DNA of 63,209 nucleotides, the filler included, from Perkinsus chesapeaki ATCC PRA-425 (taxonomy: Eukaryota; Protista; Perkinsozoa), in the NCBI GenBank assembly GCA_013115145.1. It is 9 parts of 9 records of this genome, joined end to end, with 100 filler letters (N's around TTAATTAATTAA, not from the genome) between each part and the next. Parts side by side here need not be neighbours in the genome. Positions count along the whole stretch, not along the records: positions 24,026 to 29,818 come from JAAPAO010001129.1; positions 29,919 to 42,475 come from JAAPAO010000809.1; 7 more parts are not named here. One strand, 5' to 3'. The translations under genes and the position numbers were made by a program. Positions 28,577 to 42,575 of this stretch are shown in pieces; within the stretch, counting starts at the first letter, position 1; every line of letters starts with the position of its first letter. The notes beneath the pieces were generated by a model. It was not told the origin of the DNA. It saw only the letters and a list, made by a program, of their open reading frames with translations, and ran no database searches.

Positions 28577-29737
28577 TCACTTCGAATCCTCCTGCTTCTC
28601 TCTACGCAAACCATTGCTATGCGCACCACTAGTCTTGGCGTAGTCGTTGGAAGCTTTCTCATGACGGAATTTGCATGTATTGCCACGATGGCACTGACCA
28701 GTTTGTAGAAAGCTGTAGCACAGGCCTTTGGCACCCTGCCTTCTCGTCTTCGGAGGGTTAGCCTTGTCATCCGCGACATTACCACCACGACCTCTTTTAG
28801 ATGCTTGTTTGCCGTTACCATTATTCGACTCGTTGCCAAATTTCAGGGTCTTCAGACTTTGATCAACCATAATGTTCGCAAACTTCGTGGAATCGGAGAA
28901 ACAGTCTCTGAGCTTCGTCCCATTGAGGAATCTCGTTGCAACATGTTGGCGGAAGGTGTCGTCGACGGCGGTAGCGAAGCTCCACCCCTTAGAAGTAGCA
29001 GCATCGCTGATCCTAGCCATATAGGATATGAGGGTCACAAAGTCGATATTAGTCTCGACTCTCCCACCCTCGACCAACGCTCCTGGCTTCTTCTCATCCT
29101 CGGTGTCTACCAAAACCAATGCTAGAATATATCGAGAAAAGCAAGCCAGCCATGAAGAACCACTCATAGTGTTCAGCTCGTCGGCCTCACCGGGGGTAGT
29201 ATAGGATATACCTAGATTCTCCAAGTCGAGCATGCAGTCGAGTTTAACTTTGCTCGAAGACGCCTTAAGAGGTCCAAACAACTCCTTCTTGAAATTGACG
29301 TAGGCACCTATGTTGTTACGGAGCTTGTTCACCACATCGATCGAGGGGAAGATCAGTGGGTCTAACGGACCAGCCGAGTAAACCTTCCGCAGAGAGGCGA
29401 CCTTCGCCTGAAGAAACTTCACGGAGAGAGTGTTGCGGACCTGAGGCTGGGCGATCTTGGACGAGGCCTCCGCGATGTCGACTTGGAACTTCGCATCACG
29501 ACAGGCAGCCGTCAGGCAGGAGGTTATGAGCATTTCCTTGTCCTTCAGGGCGCCAGTGCTGGAAGATAGACTCTCAGCAATATCGTCAACACTATTGTCC
29601 CGTAAGGTAGAGAGGAGCAGGACAGAATTGATACCCTCCTTAGCAAGGAACTCACAAAGAGGCTCGAACATTCCATCACGGTCGCAATGCTTCTCTAAAA
29701 CCTCAATGATTCCTTCGGAAAGGCCGACGGTAGGCAT
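28577..29737 (-). CDS. Gag-like ORF with a C-terminal CCCH zinc finger
   Basis: 386-aa ORF upstream of pol; CYSFLQTGQCHRGNTCKFRH = C-x8-C-x5-C-x3-H. Confidence 0.75.
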   Translation of the reverse strand: MPTVGLSEGIIEVLEKHCDRDGMFEPLCEFLAKEGINSVLLLSTLRDNSVDDIAESLSSSTGALKDKEMLITSCLTAACRDAKFQVDIAEASSKIAQPQVRNTLSVKFLQAKVASLRKVYSAGPLDPLIFPSIDVVNKLRNNIGAYVNFKKELFGPLKASSSKVKLDCMLDLENLGISYTTPGEADELNTMSGSSWLACFSRYILALVLVDTEDEKKPGALVEGGRVETNIDFVTLISYMARISDAATSKGWSFATAVDDTFRQHVATRFLNGTKLRDCFSDSTKFANIMVDQSLKTLKFGNESNNGNGKQASKRGRGGNVADDKANPPKTRRQGAKGLCYSFLQTGQCHRGNTCKFRHEKASNDYAKTSGAHSNGLRREKQEDSK

Positions 29738-30119
29738 GTCGAGAAAAAAAAAAGATGAGGTTTGGAACCTTGCGTAACTGCGAAGATACCATAAAAGACT
29801 CGACCATAGAGATCTCTTNNNNNNNNNNNNNNNNNNNNNNNNNNNNNNNNNNNNNNNNNNNNTTAATTAATTAANNNNNNNNNNNNNNNNNNNNNNNNNN
29901 NNNNNNNNNNNNNNNNNNATCTCTCACAATGCCGGCGTCGGGTTCACAGGGATCTGGTGAAGCGGAACTACCGTTTATTATAACAGCGCTGTGAATCGAT
30001 TATAATGGCGTGGCGAGATTTACATGGCATCCACTGCTAGGATTGAACGGGGTCAGTGTCGAAGTCCACTTCATCTGTTACAGTTTTTCCTATCTGGTTT
30101 CTTCTTCTTCGTTGCACTG

Positions 30120-30627
30120 ATGTCTACTCCCTCTCGTACAGATCGCACCTTCATTATGGTAAAGCCGGATGGCGTCCAGCGCGGCTTGGTCGGCAGGATC
30201 ATCCAAAGGTGTTTTTCATGCCCTCTGTTCATTATAATGTGTTGTCAGGTTCGAGGACAAGGGTTTCAAGCTCGTTGCTATGAAGATGTGCAGTCCCAGC
30301 GAGGATCACTTCAAGAAGCATTATGCTGATTTGGTGGACAAGCCTTTCTTCGCTGGTCTCGTCAAGTACATGCAGACCTCTCCCGTGGTCGCTATGGTGT
30401 GGGAGGGCCTCGACGCCGCTGCGGAGGGCCGCAGAATCCTCGGTGCCACCAAGCCCTCTGAGTCCGCTCCTGGCACTATCAGGGGTGACTTTGGCCTCGA
30501 GGTCGGCAGGAATCTGATCCACGGTTCCGATAGCCCCGATTCGGCCGCCAAGGAGATCGCCTTGTGGTTCCCTGAGGGTGTTAACGAGTGGAAGAAGTGC
30601 GACTATCAGTGGGTTTATGAGGGTTAA
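30120..30627 (+). CDS. ndk: Nucleoside diphosphate kinase (155 aa)
   Basis: Exons 30120-30208 and 30249-30627. [35 protein letters not shown] active-site motif. Confidence 0.97.
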
Positions 30628-30802
30628 GTGTCGGCCTTTGAGGCTAATGGCACCTGTGGTGCTACCTCCCAACTGAGGTGCATTTTTCTAATATTTGGGA
30701 TGCGTTTCCTAGTTTTCGATGGCTTTTGTTGTACAGTTGTCAGTTGCGTGGAGCGCCATCTCTTCGGCCTGACAAATCGTCCGTTGGTAGGATTGTGGCC
30801 CC

Positions 30803-33800
30803 ATGGCTTTGGCGACATGCTTTCCGTTAGCTAGTGGAGCTGAGGCTTCGTCACTGTCTGGTTGGAGCGATAGCGGCGTTGAAGCTCTGTTTGCGGTTGG
30901 AGTAGCAATCGACAAGGTAGACACTACGAAAGGTTTTGAAGTCGTGATCTTCAATGTGGAGGGAGTCAAGGTGGGATTCTGAACTCTCTGTTGAGCATTC
31001 ATTCTTGAGGTCCCGGTCACGCCGAGGCTTCTTCGGCGTTCCGGTGCAGTGACCACTTTGCTTTGGAAACCCTGCACCAGTGGATCAGCCGTCCTCATCA
31101 TCAGCTGGTCTGATGGCACTTTACAACGTGTTGAGGTTCCCACGGCTGAGATAAGAGCCGCGAAAGGTAGGTTTAACAAGGTGTTGCAAGTCATGTGGAA
31201 GCACCGGTAGGAAATAACATCGTTGTGATCGAGAAAGCCCTCGAAGCATCCAGCCATATAGTCACGAGCGTGAGCTGCCCTGAAGGTCGCAGCCTGGCGA
31301 CTGCTAGCAGCGACGGCAGTCTTGCCCTCTGGGACACGGCCGGTCCTGGACAGTTGGACATGTGAGCCACTGTCCACTTGGAAAATGCGCCGCAACTTCT
31401 CTTGGGTAGACTCCATAAAGTGTCTTCGCGGATTGGGGTGGCTAAGCGCATCACTTTCCGTACGCGAGACCCGTCAAAACCTGACAGACCATCGTATGTT
31501 TTCGCTGCTGAAAGCGGTAGCATCTGCTCCGTCTCGAGTAGAGGGATGCAAGTGGAGTGGTATATCCGAGTGGACAACCGCGCTTTAACCCGATCTCGAC
31601 AGTTACAAAATTCCTGGCCCAGTAAGCTTCCTTTCCTACCTCGAGGAAGAGGACACGCTTGTCATATTGAGCGTGTCTGGGATACTGGCGAGATTTCGGA
31701 TAGACTCCGCCGGCAAGATGATCGACGACTTGAAGATGAAGTTGTCTGCTGCCAATCCATCTAAGGTCACATCTTCGCGTGGAAGCTGAGCACCTTCGCT
31801 TTGCCAGACGCGTTGTTGTTGGGCTGGCTCGGGCCTCCTGGTAACGGTATCAGAAGAGCCATTCGTGAGGCTGTGGAAACTGCGCTCATCAGGGGAGAGT
31901 AAAGGCAAGGATCAAGTACACCACTCTGCCTCACCTTGCGCAATCTGCAAAGCTCAACTTGTCAGACGCACTACCTCATGGCCTTGCAGGATGAAGGCAT
32001 CGGTCCGAAACTAGCTAAGGACGTCGCTGTCAGCATAGCTTATGATCCGGTAAAAAGTCACGTTCTCCTCCGTTCATGCTTGATAGGATCAAATGGTGCT
32101 GGCGTGCGGTACTGCCAAAGGCTACGTCGTTCGGTGGAGGTGTTTGGAGCAAAGCACCGTCACCGCAACGGATTCTAGCTGGGAGCTCATGCCTCTCATC
32201 GAGGTCCTGCCCCCCTCGCCTGCCATCCTCAATTTCCAATACGGTTATCAGATACCAGGTCACAAACCTCTAGGACGTATCTCCTGGTGTCGGCAGGCTG
32301 CCTCCTCTTCTGCCTCTGTCTTGTCCGTTGGAGTCTCCGATGCCCAAAGTGCTGTACCAGGCCGGTCAGCCTAGGAATACCTCATCATGGTTCCGTAGGT
32401 GGTCTCATAGCTCAATGGCTTGTCCTGGAGAATGCAGTACGGTGGTCGACACTACTGCCCAGACTGGCAATCCAGACAGCCATCGACGCTGTTGCTGTGA
32501 TAGACAGTAGCAGCGGATCACGATCGATCCTTGACTGTACCGTAAGCGACGGCATTAAATTACATTTAAAAGTAACTGACGACGTTCCAGCCCGGTGCTC
32601 GCAGTTATCATCTTAGGGCATCACCCTGTTAGAAACCTTCCTTGTCTGTTGGTCTCACGATACCCTCCTGATTTTCACGCTGACTTCCGACAAAGCCAAG
32701 CTCGCTAGCACAATACCAATCCAGTCAATGGTGACCGCGACCGCATGGGTAGACGTTTTGTTGCTGACACCTGTGACAGCCTTTTCGTAGGCCCCGCAAC
32801 AGACCGCAGACGGTGACGACGTCAGGCGGCAACTTACCTTGACTGACATCACTTTAGTGATCGCTTATCCACGCCGTTTAGCTTTCCTAAGCGGCGACGG
32901 TTCCCAAAAGAAAGAAGTGCCCAGACGCCACCGTTTGTTTTCATTAACACTATCTCGCAGATACCCTACATCACCACAACCGACGGAGCACCGCGGGCGA
33001 TGGTCTGCAGCCCCTCTGGACACCTCGTTGTTGTTTCCGATAAGAACATTCTCAGAGGTAGCCGCCAACCGACTTGGCTACGATTCCTGATTCAATCCCT
33101 ATAGTTTGGGACATTGGGGCAACCGCAGCCCAGCCGAAGCCACTGGGACCGCCTCGCCGGGTTGGGGGTGACGAAGAGAACTTTGGAATGATCGAGTCCG
33201 TCAAGGTCAACTGCAGTGGTACCTATGCGTGGGGTGTTTTTTGGCTATGTGGCCTAGTAGAAATAGACGTAACACATCCCTGCTTATCACATTTGAAGAA
33301 CGCATGATACGAAGTCATCCGTTTTGAGCAAGAGACCACCTAGTAGTCGGTTATTCGTTCCTTCGAGCAGGGACGAAAGTGTCCATGTTGACGCAGCAGC
33401 GGCAGGACGATGGCGATAGCGCTGGAGAGAAAGCCAGGCATCAGATAGATCATCGAGTCCTCTTTTACGATATCATCCACGACATGGTCAGCTCCAAAGA
33501 CTGTGTGGCTTCGGATGTGCTCTACACCCCAGTGGCCCACATGTGGGACCATAGGGACCCAAGGGTTATGGCCTGCGAAGGCCGAAACGGTATGACATCC
33601 CCCTGGCGCGCATAGAGACTGGTTCTCTTCAGCGGTCCCCAGGAACAGAAGACCTGCCAAAGAAGAAGTCTCCGGCAGTACTGTTCGTATCAACACCTTG
33701 CTTGTCTTCATCCTGGATAATTCTGGATCCGGTCAGGTTGTCCTCCAGGTATTGATCTTCCAGGTCGCTTCATCAATATGGTACGATCATCATCTCAGGG

Positions 33801-36800
33801 AACACATCCCTGCCGCTTCACCGCGGGCCCAGTACCAGGCGTCCCGGTGGGCATTTCGACTCCGTACATCTACCTCTACAACCAAGCTGAGACCAGATTT
33901 GACAAGGTGTGCCAAAGGAGCTTTCTCGGGATGGAGTCGGCCTGCGACGGTCCTCGAGGGGCTACAACTGCCAAGGCCCTCGTCGACTTTTCCTTCTATT
34001 TGGCCAAGGGCAACGCGGATGCCGCGTACCGTGCCGTCCGGTACCACCCGAGACAACTGTCACTCGATACTACAGCCGCTCAGGTCGGTCGAATCCTTGA
34101 GTGTGTGGGAGAACCTATGCAGAATGGCAGTGAAAACACGGCAGCTTCATGTCGCTCGGAGATGCCTCGGGAGAATCCAGGTGGTCCTGGTTGTGGGTCG
34201 GATTTGGATGGTTACCATCCAATGCTATCCCACTCAGGCGGCTGCCGACAAGTCTGGAACGACAAATGAGAACTCGAACGGCAATATATCAGCAGCAGCA
34301 CTGCGCGCCAGCTTCACCCTTAGAGATGGTGAAGTCCGAGCCGACTTTGCCACGGAGGAAGAGGAGCTCGCGGCTATCGCTGTACATTTGGGGATGACTG
34401 AGGAGGCAGATGAACTCTATCGGGAGGCCACATCCAATTACTTTGGCTTGAATAAACTGTAGGGATGACATCACGTGGGAATGTCGTGTTGACAGTCGTC
34501 TCGTCAGATACCAGCGTTTGGGTAGGTGGTCGGACGCAGTAGTCGTGGCTGAAGTACATGACCGCATGCACCTGCCCAGCACTCACTTCGCCCGAGCCAG
34601 GAGTCTTGAGGCGAAGGGTGATGTAACAGGAGCACTAAAGAACTATGAAGAGGCCGGTGCGGCCGGTCTCAGCGAGGTCACCTTGCCTTGCCTTAGAGAC
34701 GCTCTGATGGAGTGTGCCCAGATCCCAAGGATGTTTCTTCGCTTCGGGCTAGTACAGCCTCTCAAAGACTATATAGACAAGGCAGGGAAGCCCGAGCTTT
34801 ACAAATGGTATAGAGGGGCGGTGATACCAGTGCCACCGGTGATTCCAAGGTACGGCTCATACGCGGAGTCTCTGGGCGGAGACAATGCCGAGGCTGCAGA
34901 GGAATACTATAGGAAAGCAAAAGACTGGGTAGACCGCCGGTGCATGGCGCGTAGGCGGATAGTGGTGGCTTAGTCGACGCTGGTCCGGCTCGCTTGGGCC
35001 AAATCTGATATCGATGGCGCGCGGAGATTGTGTAGAGAATCGAATGACAGCAACGCGAAGTATCAACACGCCAAATACCTTCAACATCATTGCTCAACAA
35101 TTGAGAGTGAGTGAAATACACGTGTGGCCTTTACCGAGTCGCGATACGTAGGTGTGGATAAAGAACAGCTGCTGAAGGAGGCGGTGAAGTGCTACTCCTC
35201 AGCGGGCCGCATCGGCGCGGCCCTCAGGCTTGCGCAGACCTACGATATGGAGGCGGAGGTGTTGAGTGGCGATGGTCCTGTGGGATTTGAATTGGAATAT
35301 CTCAGTTGATGCAGTTGAGCATGGAAGCTGTGTATTCGGAGGATGGTGATGGCGGAACAGCGACGGCGGGGGCCATGCAAGCTGCTAGGTTATCGATCCA
35401 TGAGGAAAGGGTCGATGAACTGGTGTGGATAGGTTATACGAGTCCAAGCGAGACTATGCCAGAGCCGCTGCGCTGTACCATAAAATAGGACAAACTGATA
35501 AAGCCATTGCTCTCTGCCTCTCGACAAGGCAATACGATGCTCTCAGGAAAATTGTGAGCTTCAGGGATGGGGTCCGCAGTCTTCGTCATCCATCAGGCTG
35601 ACTATCTTACTCCTGACAACACGGACCCGGAGACGCTTGAGAGATGCGCTAAAATCCTTATAGAGAAAGAGTACGTTCTAAAAGGTCTGTGAATTACGCA
35701 ATATCAAGGTACGTCGACAAAGCAGTGCAGCTGATGGCCAGCTCCGATCAGCTGGAAAAAGCTGTGGCAATGTGTGAGGAATATAACGTACCCATCACCG
35801 AGGACTTAGCGGACAGACTCACTCCGAAGGACCGGTAGGATAAACTGATGCTCATCTCGGTCGATGATTTCGATAGAGACCATCCCAAATACAAGGACCT
35901 GCTGATTTCCGTTGGGAACCTCGCGAAGAAAAACGGCCTTTACGCTGTGGCGTGCAAGAAGTTCACACAGGCCGGGGATAAGATACGTGCAATGAAGGCA
36001 CTGCTCCGCTCGGGCGATACGGAAAGGATCGTCTTCTACGCCCAAACGGCCAGGACCAAAGAGGTGTACATTCTGGCGGCCAATAGCCTGCAAAGCTTAG
36101 ATTGGTAGGGCCTGGAGGGCGGTACTGTTATGGTATGACGATGGCAGGTATAAAAATGAAGAGCTAGAGAAAAATATTGTTTCATTTTACACTAGAGCTA
36201 AGGCCACGGATCAACTCATACGCTTTCATGAGGTGCTCCTGGGCACAGTACTACTGTGAGAGAATCGGGCGCTGTTCAGTTGCGGGCCCACAGTGCCATA
36301 GATGAGAGGCAGGATGTCGAGGGCGCCATTCGGGCTCTTGGTGACGCACTCGCGGTTATCGATAAAGTCCGGACATTCTGGAAGCCTTTGTCTATGCATG
36401 TTACACCTCAGAATCCTGCTGGCTCCGCTACTGCTGAAACCTCCAATATCAAATCTAGCTTGGGACTACTGGAGAAGTTTGCGGAAGCAAAGAGATCGGC
36501 TCAAACGGATCCACGAGCGAGCCTGGTCGCCTGTGGCGGTCTGCTTCAATCTGTAGAATTGAAAAGTAGTCCCTTACGAGCAGGAGATGTGTAAGTGCTC
36601 TTCTCGACGGTTTGTAATGTTTCGCGCGGTATTTGCCAGGCAACCTACCAAGTGGATTAGGTATGTTATTAGATACGCATTCATGGCTCATCTGTTCCAC
36701 ACTAATGGGCAAACGTCTGATGCAGCCGAGGTTGTTAAGCGGATGATTCAGCAGAACATCACTCCCAGTATAATGAACAGTTGCACCAGAATCGTCGTAG

Positions 36801-36981
36801 TTGATTATACTGTTAGGCGTCTATGTCCCTCGAGAGCTCTTGCGAGAGATAGGCTTCGGAGGATTACCAGATGAGTCCAGCAACACGTAAGTCATGATCG
36901 TGGTATGTTGTCTAGTGGAGGTCGCTTCATAGCCACGAGGCAGTCGAGGAAGAGATAGTTGAAGATATCGGTGTTGCATGA
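30803..36981 (+). CDS. IFT140: Intraflagellar transport protein 140 (WD40 + TPR), many introns
   Basis: AVTTLLWKP..ISWSDG; PVAHMWDHRDPRVMACE; ALVDFSFYLAKGNADAAYRAV; SVWENLCRMAVKTRQLHVARRCLG; GDKIRAMKALLRSGDTERIVFYAQTARTKEVYILAANSLQSLDW; acidic end EEEIVEDIGVA*. Ends inferred. Confidence 0.9.
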
Positions 36982-37264
36982 ATCATGTCCATCACTGATT
37001 CTGTCCAGCAATCTCTCCACTGAGCTTCTATTGAGTTGCAAAGTGATGTCTACAGTATCCTAGGTTGATGCAGAAATACAGTGTGAAGCGCGCCGCTTGA
37101 GACAAGTGACAAGGAATTATGTTCGCGAAACGATACTGGAGACAGAGTCACTCATTAGCAACGCAACGACAAACGAATACACACACATTTCCATGAGGAT
37201 CAATCGTGAACTGATTCACATACCGGCTCCATCTCTTCATCATCATCAGCTATGGCTGGTGTAT

Positions 37265-40200
37265 CTAGAGGTGATCCGATGCCAGCCCTGAGGAAACCTC
37301 ACCTGGAGCAACAGCAGGAGTAACAACATCATCGAAGCCAAGCAGATCTCTGAGTAGATATCATAGACCACATTTCAACCATGCTCGCCGCCCACCTTGC
37401 GAAATGAATGGGATCAATGGCATCAGGAAGTGAACTCTCTATGGTGGCATTCTCATCCTGGACCAATGATCCAAGGCACTTCTCCAGTTCCTTATAAGTT
37501 AAACGCTCATCAGGATCCGTATCATTCGCGGAAGGAACCTGAACCATCTCTAGTGAGTATCGATGCCGTTAGCCTACCCCGATATCCATCCCTTTGGCAT
37601 CGGTCTTGAGGACCTGTTGTAGAAGTAGTTCCTTCGGCACTTGTCCCTGACGCACGTAAACTTCATGAGGGATCTTCATGTGGGAATGCTCTACAGTATT
37701 GTCTTTTCCCATGAGAGCAATGAGAGCATTCGCCACATCTTGCCCACTCATCCCAAAAGCTGGCCTGTGATTTATGTACAGCTTCACCTGAGCAACTGCA
37801 TCTCCATGATGTAGTCTCACTATGGCTTACAAACTCCTCGAAGGTTACTTTCTCAACATACCGCCCAGTTTCAAAGAACCTAGAGTATCTTATTTCGGCA
37901 ATCATATTCTGAATATCCAGCTGGCTCGGGTAGAACCTGGGAGAATGAAAGCTCGGTTTGTTTTGAACCGGAGGCCTCACCCGAGCGCGCACATCATGTT
38001 CGGTACTTCTGTCACGGGAATGGTGCCATCCAACTTTCGGGCACGAGTCGTAGCCTCGCCTGCCCACAAGAATATATCTCTCTAGATGCATCCCATAGAC
38101 TTACCTTGACTCCGTACTTGACTGTAATAAAAGAACTGTTTCATATCGTCGAAGAGTTCGCCCTCTCTACCGCCTTCTAGGAGTTCAATATATGCTTCGA
38201 GGCCATCCTCATCCGCAGCCTAAGGGGATCTCAGCGGCGCCCTGTGGCATTTCCGGCGTTACCTTCGCCAGAGCTGACGAAGTTCCAAGGGCGGCTGTGT
38301 CCACTGCCCACTGGTTAAGTGTTAGGTCAGCACCTCCAACAGTGAACACATACTTGCCCTAAAATGGGAGCTTTGCCAGCTCGGACAAGGTGAAGTACCT
38401 CGTAGCTTGTGGTAATATTGGCAACTTGACCAGGATGTGCCACCAAGCCAATCTGTTTGGCGGGGCTTCCATCCAATGGCATCTGGATGACACCGAGTAT
38501 CTAAGGGGTTCCCATAACGTCAAGTTCCACCTCGTGTCTTCTCACCCTCTCATTGGTAGCATAGACCAGGAACTGTCCACTATCGTAGGGTGGGTTCAGC
38601 AGGGGTGCTGATTTGGTAGCAGTTCCTTCGCCATCCTCAATCGCCCTCCCAGCTAGGTCTTCGTCTGACAACATTATAAGCAGTCGAAGGCGGGAGGACA
38701 GGCTATCTATTCCCAACAATTATCATGCTTACAGTCTTTCCGTCGAAGCGGCAAAAGCTTATCAATGGGGCCACCAAATGTTGGTGCCAAAGTTGTCGAC
38801 CTAAAGAACGAATCTTCCTGTGCGAGGATTTCCGCCGCACCTGCAGTTGCCATCTATGGTATTCCACACCTTTAATTTAAAATGATCATCGCTTATCAGA
38901 ATCTTACTGTGGTCCCCTTTAGAGCCAAAAGGGAACCACACCGCACCCACGGGGCGTGCCTGGCCGAGTCTCGGTTCCACTTCTTTGAAGAGCAGCGATA
39001 TCCTTACCTCTTGTGAGATTGTCCACACATTAGTAATGAACAACCCTTTGGCTTCGGAGCTATGCTTTACATTGTATTCGACGAGACTGATACAGGCACA
39101 AACGACAAGCTCGGAAGCTACTGCTATGGGAGCCGCCTCCACGGCAACTTCCGCGATTTGCATTCTAGTAAAATGGTCTCACCGTCCATCCTGTCCAATT
39201 GAGAAAAGTTTCGGGTCTGGTCCGACTTCAAGCCCCGAGAATGTTAGACCGACAATAGGGTGATAGTGTGAGCGATATTTCCCTGAACTTTGAGCGTCCA
39301 CAAACGTTGTAGACGAGACTGATATAAACCAACCTGCGAAGATCCATTCGGGTAATGAAGTGGAATCGGAGGGTCGAGTGATGAGCTTGTACAGATAGAC
39401 GCAGTTGTCAGCGTGTGCAGCTGCGCAGAAGCTAGACGTAGGTGCAAATGCTAGATGGAGGGCGGACTCCTTCGAGTCTCGGAAACTTGCTATCTGCCAA
39501 AATCAAGTCTCAGCTTGGAAACCTTTTGGAAAATGTCTCGGGAGCTGTAGGTCGTGATATCTCCTTCAAGAGGAGAAAGTGAGTGTTCGACCATCCCATT
39601 GAATCGTTACTTCCGACAAATCGCCAGTATGCAGGATTTCACAGTGGCCGTTGGTGAACCCGACAAACAAGGACTCACCGTCAGGGCTGAACTTGAGAAC
39701 TTGTGGCACCTGTACAGGTTGTTTGGGCGAACAGACTCAGTTCAGCTTACGAGCTTATCAAAGACCTTCACCAAATTCAAAGTTCTGGCATTGTAGTTCC
39801 AGATGTGAAGGAAGCCACTGTAGCCACTTACTGCGACAAGGGGGGCGCTCGGGTGGCAGTCCAGACCGTGCACGGGAGAGTCGAGGCCTGCGCGGAAAGG
39901 AAACCCGAAACCCGGATGAGCATCTGTAGCCAACCTTGAAGTATCAAATGGCCGCGGCGATCGGATGCGCTGAGCTCATAGAAGGATTCGGATTCCACAG
40001 AGACCACCAGCGCTGATGCGGTGCTGACCATGAATGGCTCACAGCTGAAGGAACGCTCCTTCGCGGCGTCTGAGAGCGAAGTGAGAATGCTGATTAGGGG
40101 CATTGGCCTACTCCTCTTGGACGGCGAATGCCTCGACCTACGGGACACCTGCGTCTTCCCTTCGGGCATGGTTTCGGCCTGCAAATAGCATGAGAGAATA

Positions 40201-41763
40201 GACATCAGTCTTGAAAGCTTGCCTTTGTAGCTCTGAAGGAGATGCTGCGAACTGCTCCGGCCGACAGGTCTTCGAACCATGCCTAGCGAAATATCATCGC
40301 GGGCATGAAAGCATTCGCCGCAAAAATGTACTGACCTGAATCTTGAAACCGAAGTCGTAGAATCGGACAGCACCGTCGGCCGATCCAACGACAACATAGT
40401 TGTCTCTGATCTGCAAAACATTTATATGAAGTCGCTGACATACATGAGGTGCAGTACCTTCAGAACGTTGAGACTGGTGTCCTGCGCGAGGCGTATTATC
40501 TTCACGGCGCGGCGCTCTCCCGCGTTCGTCCGACCATCAGTGATTAGAGAGGCGTCCCATACGACAACGTCGCCATCGACGGTACCAGTAGCGACCTAGA
40601 GTGCGCAGTAATAGGGATCCAAGGGGTGTAGAAGCCACCTGTGATGTATTGGGCAGAAAGACCGTCATGGTGAAGTCACCAACGCGCTGCTTCAGGTCTT
40701 TCGTGCATAGCACTGGTGAATAGAAGTCCAATATTCTGGGAGGAAGTTGCTCTACGATGGTCTTCATCTAATAAGTTCCTTGGACCACTGGAATATGGTA
40801 TCGTACTCCTTTCCGAGGAGAGGAGGCTTTCTTTAAGGCTAAGGCCTTTTCTTTGTCCCATTGCCAGAAGAGGACCGTCCTTTTGCCGGTTGATGCTATC
40901 TCGGTTATGTCCGGGTGTTTGAATACGACATCACTGTGCAAATCAGAGGCATCAATCTGTAGCGGACTTGGAAGGTGATATTCTCAATACCTTACTTGGC
41001 CAATGTACACTGGACTTCGGCGCTCGGCATCTAACCAGTGCCAAACAGCTACTGTTTGAGTACTTTGAATACTATCTCCCTCCTTTGCCGAGCCTGAACC
41101 ACTCGCTCGTGTGATGGCGAGATAAAGAACCATCCTCCGAAGACCTACTCTTCTCAACGTCTTCTTCGTTTGTTGCACTGTCGTCGAGGGGAGCCTAATA
41201 TTATATGTAAGGCGTTAGCTTAGCCAAGCTTACTGTTGCAGATAGAGTTACTACGAAACGACCGTCTGGACTGATATCACAGGCACTGACCCCGTAAGGA
41301 TGAGGGTCCGTTATGGTACGGACAGGTGCCGCAGTGTACCTCCAATGGAGTCTCATTATTGGTAGGATCAACACAGCTACCTATCCCAGACAACCAATAG
41401 GCTATCCTTCCCCGCATCAGCGGTTACTATCCATCGCCGATCGCGGCTAACTGCCGAGGCTGTGATGGCGTTAAGGTGCCCCTGGGAGTGTCCGAGCTTA
41501 ACGTGAGTATCTAGGCTTGACGCGTACTTGTAGGAGCTGCTGCTCTCCTGTAGTGTGGTTGTATATGATTCCGCAATTCCCGGTGGTATAGAACAGCTGA
41601 GGGCGGTCATCACCGGCTATCTCCAGATCGTGAACACAACCGATGAGTTCTCGATTTAAGCCTGATAATGCTCTGACGTTAGACGCAGCACGTTCGCCTC
41701 ACCCAACGACCACTCCAGTCTCAGCGCGTTCGCTGGGGACGGATTTGTCGAAAGTGGTTCCAT
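37265..41763 (-). CDS. CFAP251: Cilia- and flagella-associated protein 251 (WDR66), many introns
   Basis: LRLEWSLG; QGHLNAITASAVSRDRRWIVTADAGKDSLLVVWD; CHPSAPLVAVSGYSGFLHIWNY; MIAEIRYSRFFETGRYVEKVTFEEFV/KLYINHRPAFG; LLGFDDV near the C-terminus. Ends inferred. Confidence 0.85.
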
Positions 41764-42575
41764 TGATCCTATCTTAAAGTCCAGAGCTAGTATGCTGGAA
41801 CAAAATGTCGACATGTATGCGGTGAGGATATTTTTCTTTGTCCTAGTCGATCCAGTGCGTTGCAGCCATAAGTTGCACAAGGTTCGCTGGCTTACAGTTG
41901 GGGGGATGGTAGTAGTACGGTAGGTACAGTAATCACCCTGATTACAGTGATAATACTCTAATCAAATTAATTCATGAAAAGTGTTTTGTGTGGAATCTCG
42001 CAGAAATTCAGTAGATTTTGCACCTATCTTCGTGCGGCAGAAGCCGGTACATTCCAGCGTTAATACTGGTATAGTAACACGGTCGTACCAGTGGTATAAT
42101 ACCACACAACGGGGTAGCTGACTGGGGGTAAGCCCTCGAAGAAGATCACAGGGATCACGTTACTGATTCACGGTACCGACGATGCTGAATATAACATGGC
42201 GCTACTACGATTGAGCATTGACGAGAGCTGCGAGGAATGATCGAAGCCGAAGATTATTAAGCAACTTTTGCGCAACTGATAGGGTATAATAAGACACCGT
42301 TTGATTCACACACTAAACATCGTTATATAAAATGGTTAAGACTTAAAAGGAATAATAGGATTTAATTGAAGTAGTATTACTGGATCAGGTACATCACCGA
42401 CCATTAAGAACCATACTGTAGATTTGAAGATGCGGAAAGGGTGTTCTGTGATGGTCGTCTCTTCCAGACGCAACGNNNNNNNNNNNNNNNNNNNNNNNNN
42501 NNNNNNNNNNNNNNNNNNNTTAATTAATTAANNNNNNNNNNNNNNNNNNNNNNNNNNNNNNNNNNNNNNNNNNNN

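Larger units (their letters stand above)
24026..29818 (-). mobile_element. Tyrosine-recombinase retrotransposon (DIRS order, Ngaro-like layout gag / RT-RNaseH / YR); both ends cut by linkers
   Basis: Three ORFs in gag-pol-YR order on the minus strand. No methyltransferase seen after RNase H. Terminal repeats not visible. Confidence 0.85.

Noticed and set aside
30232-31416. Antisense ORFs 30232-30672 and 30709-31416
   Set aside because: Shadows of NDK and IFT140 exons with no recognisable motifs.
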